A stretch of 64,000 bases of DNA from an uncultured Clostridia bacterium. Lineage in GTDB: Bacteria > Bacillota > Clostridia > TANB77 > CAG-508. The notes beneath the pieces are model-generated. The model searched no databases and was not told where the DNA came from. It saw only the letters and a list, made by a program, of their open reading frames with translations. Where the stretch lies: assembly GCA_963557785.1 (NCBI GenBank), contig CAUWBF010000005.1, positions 10,312 to 74,311 on the forward strand. The letters run 5' to 3'. This document shows, in pieces, positions 18,822-28,755 of this stretch (the stretch's first letter is position 1; each line of letters starts with the position of its first letter). The translations under genes were made by a program, and so were the position numbers.

Positions 18822-19376
18822 TTATATTTCCATTTGACTTCCTAAAAAGTTTGCTGCTGATTGTGCAACCTTTTGCTCAACTTCTGTCATTTTAGTATTT
18901 GGTTCTTTAGACATAAGTATCACTGTTCCAATAACATCTCCATTAGATACTATTGGATATACTACTTGTGAATTAAATTTTCTTTCTTTATTATCATTTT
19001 TTATTATAGGAATAGACATATCATCATTTTCTTTACTTGTGTATACTTCTTGGTCTTCCATTACTTGTTCTAATTCAGTACTTAGGTCTTGTTCTAATAA
19101 TTCTTTTTTTAGTCCTCCAGAAATTGCTATCACTGTATCTTTATCAGTTATACAAGCTATATGTCCTGTAGTTTTTGCAAGTGTTTCTGCATATCCAACT
19201 GCAAATTCTGATAATTCGCCTATTGGTGAATATTTTTTTAATATTACTTCTCCTTCTTTATCTGTAAATATTTCAAGTGGGTCTCCTTCTTTTATTCTTA
19301 ATGTTTTTCTAATTTCTTTTGGGATAACAACTCTACCTAAATCGTCAATTCTTCTTACTACACCTGTTGCCTTCAA
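18822..19376 (-). CDS. spoVT: Stage V sporulation protein T (AbrB-family N-domain plus GAF-like C-domain)
   Basis: KATGVVRRIDDLGRVVIPKEIRKTLRIKEGDPLEIF matches SpoVT/AbrB. Length and C-terminal domain match B. subtilis SpoVT. The ORF track begins 22 codons upstream, but aaaggagg plus 7 nt precedes a TTG giving the canonical MKATG N-terminus. Confidence 0.85.
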   Translation of the reverse strand: MKATGVVRRIDDLGRVVIPKEIRKTLRIKEGDPLEIFTDKEGEVILKKYSPIGELSEFAVGYAETLAKTTGHIACITDKDTVIAISGGLKKELLEQDLSTELEQVMEDQEVYTSKENDDMSIPIIKNDNKERKFNSQVVYPIVSNGDVIGTVILMSKEPNTKMTEVEQKVAQSAANFLGSQMEI

Positions 19377-19469
19377 CTTTCTACCTCCTTTATTTGTTTT
19401 TACTATATTTTTATTATTTGTTTTAGAATGTTTTTTATTCATTATTTTGACAATTTATTTTCATGTTTC

Positions 19470-20135
19470 TTAATCCCTTGCTATTGTTAATATTCCAACT
19501 TTTTCTGCATCATATTTTTTTAAAATTTTTGCACATTCATTTGCAGTGCTTCCCGTTGTAAAAATATCATCAAATATTAATATTTTTCTATCTTTTATTA
19601 TCTCTTTTTTATTTATATCTATTTTATATACGTTTGATATATTAAGTATTCTGTCCTCTTTATTTAATGAACTTTGTGGCTTTATGTTTTTTGTTTTTAT
19701 TAATAAATCTTTTACATATTTTAAAGTTTTATCATTTTTACATACATCTTCTATTATTAATTCAGATTGATTATATCCTCTGCATTTTTTTCTTTTTTTA
19801 TGTATTGGTACACATATTATGATGTCATACTTTTTTATGTATTTCATAATTTTTTGGTTTTTTAGTATCATATATGAAAATGCTTTGTATAAATATGATT
19901 TTTCATTAAATTTATATTTAATAATTAAATCACGTATAATATCTCTATACCTAAATAAGTAAATATGTTCATCAAAATACCTTTCTTTAGTTTGTATGTA
20001 TACTTTTCTTCCACTTATTAAATTTTTATTTATTCTATGCATACAATTATTGCAAATTGGTGTATCACATGTTTTTTCACATATTGCACATGTATTTGGA
20101 TAAAAAAAATTGAGAACTATCTCTAAAAGATTCAT
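19470..20135 (-). CDS. comFC: ComF family protein (competence protein FC, phosphoribosyltransferase-like)
   Basis: N-terminal double CxxC zinc-finger (CAIC...CNNC) and C-terminal PRTase motif ILIFDDIFTTGST. Confidence 0.8.
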   Translation of the reverse strand: MNLLEIVLNFFYPNTCAICEKTCDTPICNNCMHRINKNLISGRKVYIQTKERYFDEHIYLFRYRDIIRDLIIKYKFNEKSYLYKAFSYMILKNQKIMKYIKKYDIIICVPIHKKRKKCRGYNQSELIIEDVCKNDKTLKYVKDLLIKTKNIKPQSSLNKEDRILNISNVYKIDINKKEIIKDRKILIFDDIFTTGSTANECAKILKKYDAEKVGILTIARD

Positions 20136-20165
20136 AAAACCTCCTAAATTGCCCCCAATTTAATT

Positions 20166-22379
20166 TTATATATTATATAATTTATATTCTAATCCTGTAT
20201 TTCTCTTTCTTGTATCAGAATTTTGTATCATATAATTTATTATATTTTCGTTTCCTATTATAAGTAGCATTTCTTTTGCTCTAGTAATACTTGTATATAA
20301 TAAATTTCTTGTAAGTAGCATTGGTGCCGTTTGTGTTGCTATAACTATTACTACATCAAATTCACTTCCTTGTGCTTTATGTATTGTTATTGCATATGCA
20401 TGTTCAAGTTGTTCAAGTTCTGAATATAAATACCAAGCTTCTTTTCCATCATCAAATAATACTTTTATTTGCTTTTCTAATTCATTTATTTTTTGTATAC
20501 GTCCAAGTTCACCGTTATATATTCCTGTTCCATTTTCATATTCATTATCTACTCTTTGCCAAAAAATATCATAATTATTTTTAGTTTGCATTACTCTGTC
20601 GCCTTCTCTAAAAATTATTTCTCCTGATTTTTTTTCTTTTTTATCTTTTGATTCTGGATTAAGTTCATTTTGCAATATTTTATTTAGTTCTTTAGTTCCA
20701 AGCATTCCTTTTTTCGTTGGTGTTAGAACTTGAATATTATTAAAAAAATCATAATTTCCATATTTCTTTAGACGTTCCTTACAAAGAGATATAAGTTGTC
20801 CTAATATTTTTTCTTGGGATGATTCATTTATAAAAAAGAAATCTTCTTTTAATTCTTCTTTACTTTCTTTCTTGTTTAAAAAACTCTCTCCATTATTTAC
20901 TCTGTGTGCATTTTGTATAATTTTACTTTTAGCTGCTTGTCTAAATATTTTATTTAAATGTATTGTAGTAATTTTTTCTGAATTTATAATATCTTTTAAT
21001 ATTGCTCCTGGTCCAACTGATGGAAGTTGATCTACATCTCCTACTAATATTAGTTTTGTTCCTAAATAAATTCCTTTTATTAGGTAATTCATTAAAAATA
21101 AATCTACCATAGACATTTCATCAACTATAATAACATCAGCATCTATAGGGGCCACATCATAATCGATACTTGCAATATTGCCTTCTTCTTCAAATTTTCC
21201 TATTTCTAGTAATCGATGTAATGTTCTTGCTTCCTCTCCTGTAGTTTCTGTCATTCTTTTGGCAGCTCTACCTGTTGGTGCACAAAGTACTACTTTTTTA
21301 TCGTGACTTTTGTATATTTCTAATATGCTTTTTATTATAGTCGTTTTTCCTGTTCCCGGACCTCCAGTAATTATTGTAACATTATGATCATTAATAGCTT
21401 CTACAGCTTCTTTTTGCTTTTCCGATAACTTTATTTTTGTAACTTTTTCAACTTTTTTTAACTCTTCTTCGAAGAAGTCTATTCTTTTTATATTTTTTGA
21501 AGAATCTAATAATACTAATTTACTTGCTACATTTCTTTCTGCAATATAAAATTCGATTAAATATACCCATTCTTCTTCATCTCTTTTTTCTATTACAATT
21601 TTCTCTTGAACATTTAAATCTATCAGGCAGTGCTCTATAGAATCTACTTCTACTTTCAGTAAATCTTTTACATATTGTATTAGATTTTGCTTTAATACAC
21701 AGCAATGTCCATTATATGATATTTTAATTAAACTATGCTTTATTCCACTTTTTATTCTTTTATAATTATCTATATCAAATCCCATATCTAGAGCTATTTT
21801 ATCTATTTTACCAAAGTCTACTCCTCTTATTATATCTATTAATATATATGGGTTTGATTCTATTTCTTCTATCGTAGAATCTCCTAATTCTTTATATACT
21901 TTTTTTGCATTAGCTGCGCTAATTCCAAATTTATCTAAAAATCCAACAATTTGCCATACTTCCCAGTTTTCTATAAAGCTCTGTGACATTTCCATTGCTT
22001 TTTCTTCTGTTATGCCCTTAATTTGAGCTAATTTCTTAGGTTCTGATTTAAATATATTTACTGTATCTTCGCCAAATGTATCAACAATCTTTTTAGCTGT
22101 AGATGGACCTATTCCTTTTATGCTTCCAGTTGCTAAATATTTTTCTAGTGCTTCTAAAGTTTGAGGCATTACTTTTTCAAAAGTATTTACTTTAAATTGT
22201 TCTCCATAGTCTTTATGTGTAACAAAATTTCCAACTACCTTTAAAGTATCTCCAACATTAATAAACGGAAGATATCCAACAATTGTAATTGTTTCATCTT
22301 CTGTATCAAATATTGCTATACAATAACTATTCATTTCATTTTGATATATTATTTCTTCTATTTGACCTATTAGTTCCAA
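20166..22379 (-). CDS. recD2: ATP-dependent RecD-like DNA helicase (RecD2/YrrC family), TTG start
   Basis: 737 aa. Walker A GGPGTGKTT, Walker B DEMSMVD, and N-terminal HhH/OB region typical of RecD2. First codon TTG with gaggt SD. Confidence 0.85.
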   Translation of the reverse strand: MELIGQIEEIIYQNEMNSYCIAIFDTEDETITIVGYLPFINVGDTLKVVGNFVTHKDYGEQFKVNTFEKVMPQTLEALEKYLATGSIKGIGPSTAKKIVDTFGEDTVNIFKSEPKKLAQIKGITEEKAMEMSQSFIENWEVWQIVGFLDKFGISAANAKKVYKELGDSTIEEIESNPYILIDIIRGVDFGKIDKIALDMGFDIDNYKRIKSGIKHSLIKISYNGHCCVLKQNLIQYVKDLLKVEVDSIEHCLIDLNVQEKIVIEKRDEEEWVYLIEFYIAERNVASKLVLLDSSKNIKRIDFFEEELKKVEKVTKIKLSEKQKEAVEAINDHNVTIITGGPGTGKTTIIKSILEIYKSHDKKVVLCAPTGRAAKRMTETTGEEARTLHRLLEIGKFEEEGNIASIDYDVAPIDADVIIVDEMSMVDLFLMNYLIKGIYLGTKLILVGDVDQLPSVGPGAILKDIINSEKITTIHLNKIFRQAAKSKIIQNAHRVNNGESFLNKKESKEELKEDFFFINESSQEKILGQLISLCKERLKKYGNYDFFNNIQVLTPTKKGMLGTKELNKILQNELNPESKDKKEKKSGEIIFREGDRVMQTKNNYDIFWQRVDNEYENGTGIYNGELGRIQKINELEKQIKVLFDDGKEAWYLYSELEQLEHAYAITIHKAQGSEFDVVIVIATQTAPMLLTRNLLYTSITRAKEMLLIIGNENIINYMIQNSDTRKRNTGLEYKLYNI

Positions 22380-22439
22380 CTTATGTACCTCGCTTATTTT
22401 TATATACTATCATTTTAAAAATATATTTTCAATATTATT

Positions 22440-22793
22440 TTAATTTATATCTATATTATCTAATAATTCTTTGCATTCTCTCCAATCTGATATTTTTATG
22501 CAACTATAGTCTTTGCTTAATTTTTGAAGTATCTCTAAAGTCTTATCATTAGAATCCAAATCTACTGCAATTATATCTTTTATGCTTTCCTCTTTTCCAT
22601 AAATAATTCTAAATAAAATAGTTCTCATAAAAGCTTCTATTGTATTCTCTTGATTTTTTGCTGCAATAATTACATATATTCCATCGGATTTTAGTTTTGT
22701 ATATGAACATATATAGACTATTTCTCTAATTATTTCTATTAATCCATATAAAGCTAAAGTCCATATTACCCCATTAATAATAAAATTTTCCAA
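22440..22793 (-). CDS. Small hypothetical protein: N-terminal TM helix plus a GT2-like N-terminal half-domain, TTG start
   Basis: 117 aa. IYVIIAAKNQENTIEAFMRTILF...IIAVDLDSNDKTLEIL resembles the first beta-alpha-beta of GT-A glycosyltransferases but lacks the DxD half. aaggtgat SD before TTG. Confidence 0.4.
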   Translation of the reverse strand: MENFIINGVIWTLALYGLIEIIREIVYICSYTKLKSDGIYVIIAAKNQENTIEAFMRTILFRIIYGKEESIKDIIAVDLDSNDKTLEILQKLSKDYSCIKISDWRECKELLDNIDIN

Positions 22794-22840
22794 ATAGTAT
22801 CACCTTCTTTTGTATTATATGTATTTATAAATTATATGTG

Positions 22841-22874
22841 AAAAAGCGAGTAGAATAATTTCTACTCGCTATTA
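22841..22874 (-). terminator. Terminator after mreB/mbl (10-bp stem agcgagtaga/tctactcgct)
   Basis: Perfect 10-bp stem, 7-nt loop, followed on the minus strand by TTTTCAC. Confidence 0.65.
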
Positions 22875-22911
22875 TAAAAATCTATATAATTAAAGAGGGC
22901 TAATCTTTAAA

Positions 22912-23916
22912 TTATCTTCTTGTTTTTCCGTCTAATGAATCTAAGTTATCTAATGCTTTTCCTGTTCCTAAAGCTACACATGAAACTGTGTCTTCTGCTA
23001 TCATAACATTGATTCCTGTTTTTTCTTGTAAAAGTTTATCTAGACCGTCTACTAGACATCCTCCACCTGTCATATAAATTCCTTTATCGCTGATATCTGA
23101 TGCTAATTCTGGTGGTGTTCTTTCTAATACTGAATGTACTGCATCTACTATCATCATTGCAGGTTCAATAAGTGCTTCCAGCATTTCGCTAGAATATATT
23201 GTTATTGTTTTTGGTAATCCTGTTGTTAAATCTCTTCCTCTAATATCCATTTCCATATCTTGAATTTTTGGATATACACATCCAATATTTACTTTTAAAT
23301 CTTCTGCTGTTCTTTCTCCTATCATTACATTGTGTTTTCTTTTTATGTATTTTACGATTGCTTCATCAAATTTATCTCCGGCAACTTTTAGAGAAGTACT
23401 AACAACTGAGCCTCCAAGTGAAATAACTGCTATATCTGTTGTTCCTCCACCAATATCAACTATCATATTTCCGCATGGTTTAGATATATCAATTCCTGCT
23501 CCTATTGCAGCTGCTATTGGTTCTTCTATCAAATATACTTTTCTTGCTCCTGCTTGTGAAGCAGCATCTATTACTGCTCTTTTTTCAACCTCTGTTACTT
23601 GTGATGGAATACATATCATAATTCTTGGTGCAAATATAAATTTACCGCATACTTTATTAATAAAGTGTTTTAACATTTTTTCTGTTACAGTGTAATCTGA
23701 TATTACACCTTCTCTTAAAGGTCTTGTCGCAATTATATTTCCTGGTGTTCTTCCAAGCATTTTTCTTGCTTCTTGACCTACTGCTAGAACATCACCTGTG
23801 TTCTTATCAACTGCAACAACAGAAGGCTCTCTTAAAACAATTCCTTTTCCTTTTACATATGCTATTACTGTAGCTGTCCCTAAATCGATTCCTATATCTT
23901 GCCCAAAGCCAAACAT
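22912..23916 (-). CDS. mreB: Rod shape-determining actin homologue MreB/Mbl
   Basis: MFGFG..DIGIDLGTATV, DIGGGTTD and GGG...G motifs of MreB. Start moved to the ATG preceded by aaggaggg (ORF track begins 9 codons upstream). Confidence 0.9.
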   Translation of the reverse strand: MFGFGQDIGIDLGTATVIAYVKGKGIVLREPSVVAVDKNTGDVLAVGQEARKMLGRTPGNIIATRPLREGVISDYTVTEKMLKHFINKVCGKFIFAPRIMICIPSQVTEVEKRAVIDAASQAGARKVYLIEEPIAAAIGAGIDISKPCGNMIVDIGGGTTDIAVISLGGSVVSTSLKVAGDKFDEAIVKYIKRKHNVMIGERTAEDLKVNIGCVYPKIQDMEMDIRGRDLTTGLPKTITIYSSEMLEALIEPAMMIVDAVHSVLERTPPELASDISDKGIYMTGGGCLVDGLDKLLQEKTGINVMIAEDTVSCVALGTGKALDNLDSLDGKTRR

Positions 23917-24008
23917 GTTATTCCCTCCTTGATATTTATTCATGTTACGAATTCGTTACAATTATATTACAGTTTTTATAAAATAGCAATGTTTTTTATA
24001 ATAAAATA

Positions 24009-24042
24009 AAAAAAGTTCTAGTAAGTCAATTTACTAGAACTT
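24009..24042. terminator. Bidirectional terminator (gttctagtaa-gtcaat-ttactagaac)
   Basis: 10-bp perfect stem flanked by A7 and T6, downstream of the stop at 24048. Confidence 0.65.
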
Positions 24043-24047
24043 TTTTA

Positions 24048-24557
24048 TTAAAATGGGAAAATTCCAAATAAAAATCTTGCTGGCATGTAATATGTTACAA
24101 TTAAGCCTCCTACAAATAATGCTAATTTATCTGTATCTGATAATTTATAACTGAAAGTATATGAATCTGGTAACTCATCTACAAGTGTTGCTACTATTTT
24201 TGTTACTCCTTCAAATTTATGGTCTAGCTTAAATTCTTGAGATTCTCCTACATCTAAATTATTTATTTTTAAATACTTTGTTCCTAAATTATTATCATAT
24301 TTTGAAAAGAAGTCTAATTTTATATATTGATTATCTATTTTACTTTTTGTATTATTGGTTATTCTTGCTATTACAAATCCATTTATATTAGTTGACCTAG
24401 CTTCTAATATTTCTATTTTTGGAGATTCAGAAACTACTTCAGACTTACTTATTAGTGTATATGTTGACATTACAAAAGCATGTGACATATAACTTACAAA
24501 TACAAACATAAATATAAATAATATAAATAGATTTCTAAACAATTTCATTGTTTTCAT
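24048..24557 (-). CDS. Hypothetical membrane/exported protein
   Basis: 169 aa with N-terminal signal/TM, C-terminal hydrophobic segment and ggggagg SD. No recognisable domain. Confidence 0.45.
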   Translation of the reverse strand: MKTMKLFRNLFILFIFMFVFVSYMSHAFVMSTYTLISKSEVVSESPKIEILEARSTNINGFVIARITNNTKSKIDNQYIKLDFFSKYDNNLGTKYLKINNLDVGESQEFKLDHKFEGVTKIVATLVDELPDSYTFSYKLSDTDKLALFVGGLIVTYYMPARFLFGIFPF

Positions 24558-24645
24558 AATTTTCCTCCCCTAGAAAAAAATGCTATTATTATTATATACT
24601 AGTATACATAATTTGTAAAGTGAATTTATTAATTTATTTCTATAT

Positions 24646-24680
24646 AAAAAGAGAAGTTATTTTATATAACTTCTCTCGAA
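24646..24680 (-). terminator. Terminator after pyk (gagaagttat-tttata-taacttctc)
   Basis: 9-10-bp stem with A-run before and T-rich after on the minus strand. Confidence 0.55.
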
Positions 24681-24684
24681 TTTA

Positions 24685-26133
24685 CTATATTCTAACAATT
24701 CCACCGATTGTTCTATTTGTTTCATAAACTTCTTTATCATTTTCTACTATATCAGATTCTCCAGAAAGAACTACTGTATCACCTTTTTCTAATATTTCTT
24801 TTGATTTTAATTTTTCAATTCCGGCTTTTATAGTTTCATCTGTATTAGCTTTTGCATCTACATATACAGGTGTTACATTCCAAGCAATACCTAATTGGTT
24901 GAATGTTCTTCTATTGTCTGTTATAGCTAAAATTGGGCATCCTGCTCCTAAACCAGCTAATCTTCTTGCAAAGTTTCCTGTATGTGTGTAACATACAATA
25001 GCATCTGCCTTTGTATTTTTAGCTAATATACATGCAGCATATGCAATGTTTGAATCTAAATCATTTAATTCTATATTTGTATTCTCATCAAATCTTTTCC
25101 AGTAGTTGATTGTTGATTCAACTCTTTTTGCTATTTTATCCATTGTTTTAACACATTCAACTGGATAATCACCCATAGCGCATTCACCAGATAGCATTAC
25201 AGCACTTGTTCTATCAAATACAGCATTTGCAACGTCACTTGCTTCAGCTCTTGTTGGTAATGGTTGATGTGTCATTGATTCAAGCATTTGTGTAGCTGTT
25301 ATAGCTGGTTTATTTGCTTTATTGCTTAATTTTATAAATTTCTTTTGCATAATTGGTGGTTCTGTAAAGTCTGTTTCTGTAGCCATATCTCCACGAGCAA
25401 TCATTTGAACGTCTGCATTCTCTACTATTTCTTCCATATTTTCTAGACCTTCAACATTTTCTACTTTTGTTATTATTTTAACGTCTTTTCCACCGTTTTC
25501 ATCTAATACTTTTCTAACTTGATCTATATCATCTTTGTTTCTTGTGAATGATACTGCAACGTAATCATATTCATGTTCACAAGCTGTTTTTAAGTCATTT
25601 ATATCTTTTTCTTTTAAAGCTGGTAATCTTACAGCTGTACCTGGTAAGTTCATTGTTTTTCTACTTCCTAATCCATTTCCATGAACTACTGTACAAACTA
25701 TATCTTTTCCTACTATTTCATCAACTTTTAATTCTATAGCACCATCATCTATTAATACCTTAGCACCTGGTTTTAAGTCTTTGTATAATTCTTTATAAGA
25801 TACAGAAACTCTATCTTTATCTCCTATTATATCTTCATTTACTAATGTAAATTTTTGTCCATCTTCTAATTTTATTTTTTCATTTTTTCCTGTAACTAAC
25901 ATACCTGTTCTTATTTCTGGTCCTTGCATGTCAAGAATCATTGGAACTGGTATATCTAATTCTTTTCTTAATCTAATTATTTCTTCAGTTTTTTCTTTTT
26001 GTTCATCCCAACTACCGTGTGAATAGTTAATTCTTGTTACATTTAATCCAGCTGAAAATAATTCTTCTAATCTATTTTCACTTGCTGGTCCTATTGTTCC
26101 TACTATTTTAGTTTTTCTTAAATCCTTTTTCAA
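24685..26133 (-). CDS. pyk: Pyruvate kinase, TTG start
   Basis: TKIVGTIGPAS N-terminus, MQGPEIRTG and MIARGD motifs. 482 aa. aaggggg SD plus 4 nt before TTG. Confidence 0.9.
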   Translation of the reverse strand: MKKDLRKTKIVGTIGPASENRLEELFSAGLNVTRINYSHGSWDEQKEKTEEIIRLRKELDIPVPMILDMQGPEIRTGMLVTGKNEKIKLEDGQKFTLVNEDIIGDKDRVSVSYKELYKDLKPGAKVLIDDGAIELKVDEIVGKDIVCTVVHGNGLGSRKTMNLPGTAVRLPALKEKDINDLKTACEHEYDYVAVSFTRNKDDIDQVRKVLDENGGKDVKIITKVENVEGLENMEEIVENADVQMIARGDMATETDFTEPPIMQKKFIKLSNKANKPAITATQMLESMTHQPLPTRAEASDVANAVFDRTSAVMLSGECAMGDYPVECVKTMDKIAKRVESTINYWKRFDENTNIELNDLDSNIAYAACILAKNTKADAIVCYTHTGNFARRLAGLGAGCPILAITDNRRTFNQLGIAWNVTPVYVDAKANTDETIKAGIEKLKSKEILEKGDTVVLSGESDIVENDKEVYETNRTIGGIVRI

Positions 26134-26241
26134 TTTAATTCCCCCTTAGAAATTTTAACACAATGATTATTATATCACTCTCTTTTAACATAATCAAGAT
26201 TTTATTTTTAAAAATTTATTTTTTCGACATAAGTTTATTTT

Positions 26242-27366
26242 TTATTTAATTACTTCACTTATTACTTTGCTTAAATATTTCATACTAGTTAAACATTGAT
26301 CTAAGGTATTTCCTGTTGCACCAACTTCAATTATAGTTGCTGCATTAGCTACATGCTGATTATATCTAGAGTTCCTAACAATTATAGGTTTAAATAAACC
26401 TGGATATAATTCATTTGCTTTTTCTTGTATTTTTATTGCGAATTTCAGGTTTTGTTGCCAATTAGGATGATTTAGTCCTCCTCCATCTGTTCCTATTACA
26501 AACATAATTTGTGCTGCATATTCATCTCCTATTCTTACAGTAGGAGCATATTCTGGACTAGAACCTATAGCATCTCTATGTAAATCAAATACTATTTGAG
26601 TATTTGGTTTTGTACTTAAATTGTTTTTAACTGTAATTAATGATCTGCTATATGATCCTGTATATGCTGGATAATCATGATAAGTTTTATCGTGATTTAC
26701 TTCATATCCATAGTTTACTAAATATTTTTGTAATTCATCGCCTACTCTTGATACAGTATAATTTAAATCTGTTGTTCTATAATTTCCTGTTGCTTCATAG
26801 TTATATGCTTCACTTTGTGTATAGCTTTCGCAGGTATGCGTATGAAATATTAATATATCTTTTGTATCATTTAATTGAATATTAGGCTCTAAGACTTCTT
26901 GTGTTAATTCTTTATTCGATTCATTCTTAATTAATACAGTTCCATATGTATCTGTATATTTAGTAGATATTTGGTTATTCTCTATTACTTCAGTTTTTAC
27001 ATCTGTTTTTGCTTCTTCTATTTTTTCTTCTTGATTTTTTTCTGGAATAATATTAACCTCTTTTGCTTTTATATTTTTACTCATTCCAAGTTCCATATTT
27101 AATATTTTTTCTATAAAAGTTTCATCTATATTATTTGTGGTCTCCTTTTTATTTAATAATGGTACCGTATCTTGCAGAGAATTTTTTATTAATTTTATTC
27201 TTATTTGACTTATATTAATGTTCATCTTTATAAGGCTAACTTTTTCTTTCTTTATCTTTAAATCAGAAAAATATCTAGCAATCCCAACAGTTATTATTAA
27301 TATAATTGTTAGTTTTACTAGATATTTTAATATATCTTTTATATTTAATACTTTTACATTTATCAT
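26242..27366 (-). CDS. spoIIP: Stage II sporulation protein P (SpoIIP amidase/peptidase family)
   Basis: N-terminal TM, then ILIFHTHTCESY and FDLHRDA motifs characteristic of SpoIIP. Confidence 0.8.
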   Translation of the reverse strand: MINVKVLNIKDILKYLVKLTIILIITVGIARYFSDLKIKKEKVSLIKMNINISQIRIKLIKNSLQDTVPLLNKKETTNNIDETFIEKILNMELGMSKNIKAKEVNIIPEKNQEEKIEEAKTDVKTEVIENNQISTKYTDTYGTVLIKNESNKELTQEVLEPNIQLNDTKDILIFHTHTCESYTQSEAYNYEATGNYRTTDLNYTVSRVGDELQKYLVNYGYEVNHDKTYHDYPAYTGSYSRSLITVKNNLSTKPNTQIVFDLHRDAIGSSPEYAPTVRIGDEYAAQIMFVIGTDGGGLNHPNWQQNLKFAIKIQEKANELYPGLFKPIIVRNSRYNQHVANAATIIEVGATGNTLDQCLTSMKYLSKVISEVIK

Positions 27367-27425
27367 AATTAGTAAATTTCTCCTTTGTTATATACTACTC
27401 TTTACTAATTTATGATACTTATTTT

Positions 27426-28745
27426 TTATTTATTACCATTAATTTTTTCTATTACTTTATCTAATGATAATGTTTCTTGACTACCTGTATTCATGTCTTT
27501 TAATGTTACTACATTATTTTTTATTTCATCTTCTCCTATTACTATTACATAAGGTATATTTAATTTATCTGCATATTTAAATTTTGCTTTTATTTTTTTA
27601 TCATTTAAATATACTTCTGTACTAATTCCTGAATTTCTTAATATCGTAGCTGTCTCGATGCTCTTTTCTATGTCTTCTCCCATTGAAACTACCAATACTT
27701 TTGATACAGATTTTTGCTCAGCTTTTATTATATTCATTTCATTTAATTTATAGAATAGTCTTGTAAGTCCTATAGATACACCTACTCCAGGAAGTTTCTT
27801 GTCTGTATAATATTCTGCTAAGCTTTCATATCTTCCTCCTGAGCATACACTTCCTAAACTTCTATAATCATCTAAAAATGTTTCATATACTGTTCCTGTA
27901 TAATAATCTAAACCTCTTGCTATAGTATAATCAACTTTAAAGTTTTCGTCAGGAACTCCAAATAATCTTATATTTTTTACAACGTCTTTTAGTTCTTTTA
28001 AACCTTCAGCAAAAAGTTCATTTTTTATATTTAATTCTTCTAATTTTAATAATTTTTCATCTGTATTTCCTGATATTTCTATAAAGTTCATAATTGTATC
28101 TATTGAATTATTATCTATATTTAGTTCTTGTAATTCTTTTACAACTTTATCTTTTCCAATTTTTTCTATCTTATCTATAATTCTCATTATTTCTATAGAT
28201 TTTTCTTTTAATTTTAATGATTCATATAGTCCATTTAATATTTTTCTGTTATTTATACGAATTGTAAATTTATCAAAACCTAATTGTTTGAATATATTAT
28301 ATATAACGCTTGGTAGTTCTGCATCATATATAACGCTTAGCTCTCCATCACCAATAATATCTATATCACATTGATAAAATTCACGAAATCTTCCTTTTTG
28401 AGGTCTTTCTCCTCTATATACTTTTCCAATTTGGTATCTTCTAAATGGAAAACTTAATTCATTATAATACTGTGATACATATTTTGCTAGTGGTACAGTT
28501 AAATCAAATCTTAAAGATAAGTCATTATCTCCTTTATTAAATCTATAAATTTGTTTTTCTGTCTCTCCTCCAGCTTTTGCTAGCAATACATCTGATAGTT
28601 CTATAATTGGTGTATCTAATGGTAAAAATCCATAATTTTCATATGTATTTTTAATTATATCTTTTATTTGATTAAATAGAATTTGCTCTGTTGGCATTAA
28701 TTCCATAAAACCTGGTAAAGTTCTTGGTTCAACTTTTTTATTCAT
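27426..28745 (-). CDS. hisS: Histidine--tRNA ligase
   Basis: Class II motif 2 (FRYQIGKVYRGERPQKGRFREFYQCD), HisRS-type N-terminus, C-terminal anticodon-binding domain. Only 10 nt from the upstream gene, so no room for a T-box leader. Confidence 0.9.
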   Translation of the reverse strand: MNKKVEPRTLPGFMELMPTEQILFNQIKDIIKNTYENYGFLPLDTPIIELSDVLLAKAGGETEKQIYRFNKGDNDLSLRFDLTVPLAKYVSQYYNELSFPFRRYQIGKVYRGERPQKGRFREFYQCDIDIIGDGELSVIYDAELPSVIYNIFKQLGFDKFTIRINNRKILNGLYESLKLKEKSIEIMRIIDKIEKIGKDKVVKELQELNIDNNSIDTIMNFIEISGNTDEKLLKLEELNIKNELFAEGLKELKDVVKNIRLFGVPDENFKVDYTIARGLDYYTGTVYETFLDDYRSLGSVCSGGRYESLAEYYTDKKLPGVGVSIGLTRLFYKLNEMNIIKAEQKSVSKVLVVSMGEDIEKSIETATILRNSGISTEVYLNDKKIKAKFKYADKLNIPYVIVIGEDEIKNNVVTLKDMNTGSQETLSLDKVIEKINGNK

Positions 28746-28755
28746 ATTTTACCTC

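Noticed and set aside
23940-23962. Near-palindrome tgttacgaattcgttaca at the mreB start
   Set aside because: It is imperfect (centred on a GAATTC hexamer) and overlaps the SD/start codon. Likely coincidental. Not reported as a regulatory site.
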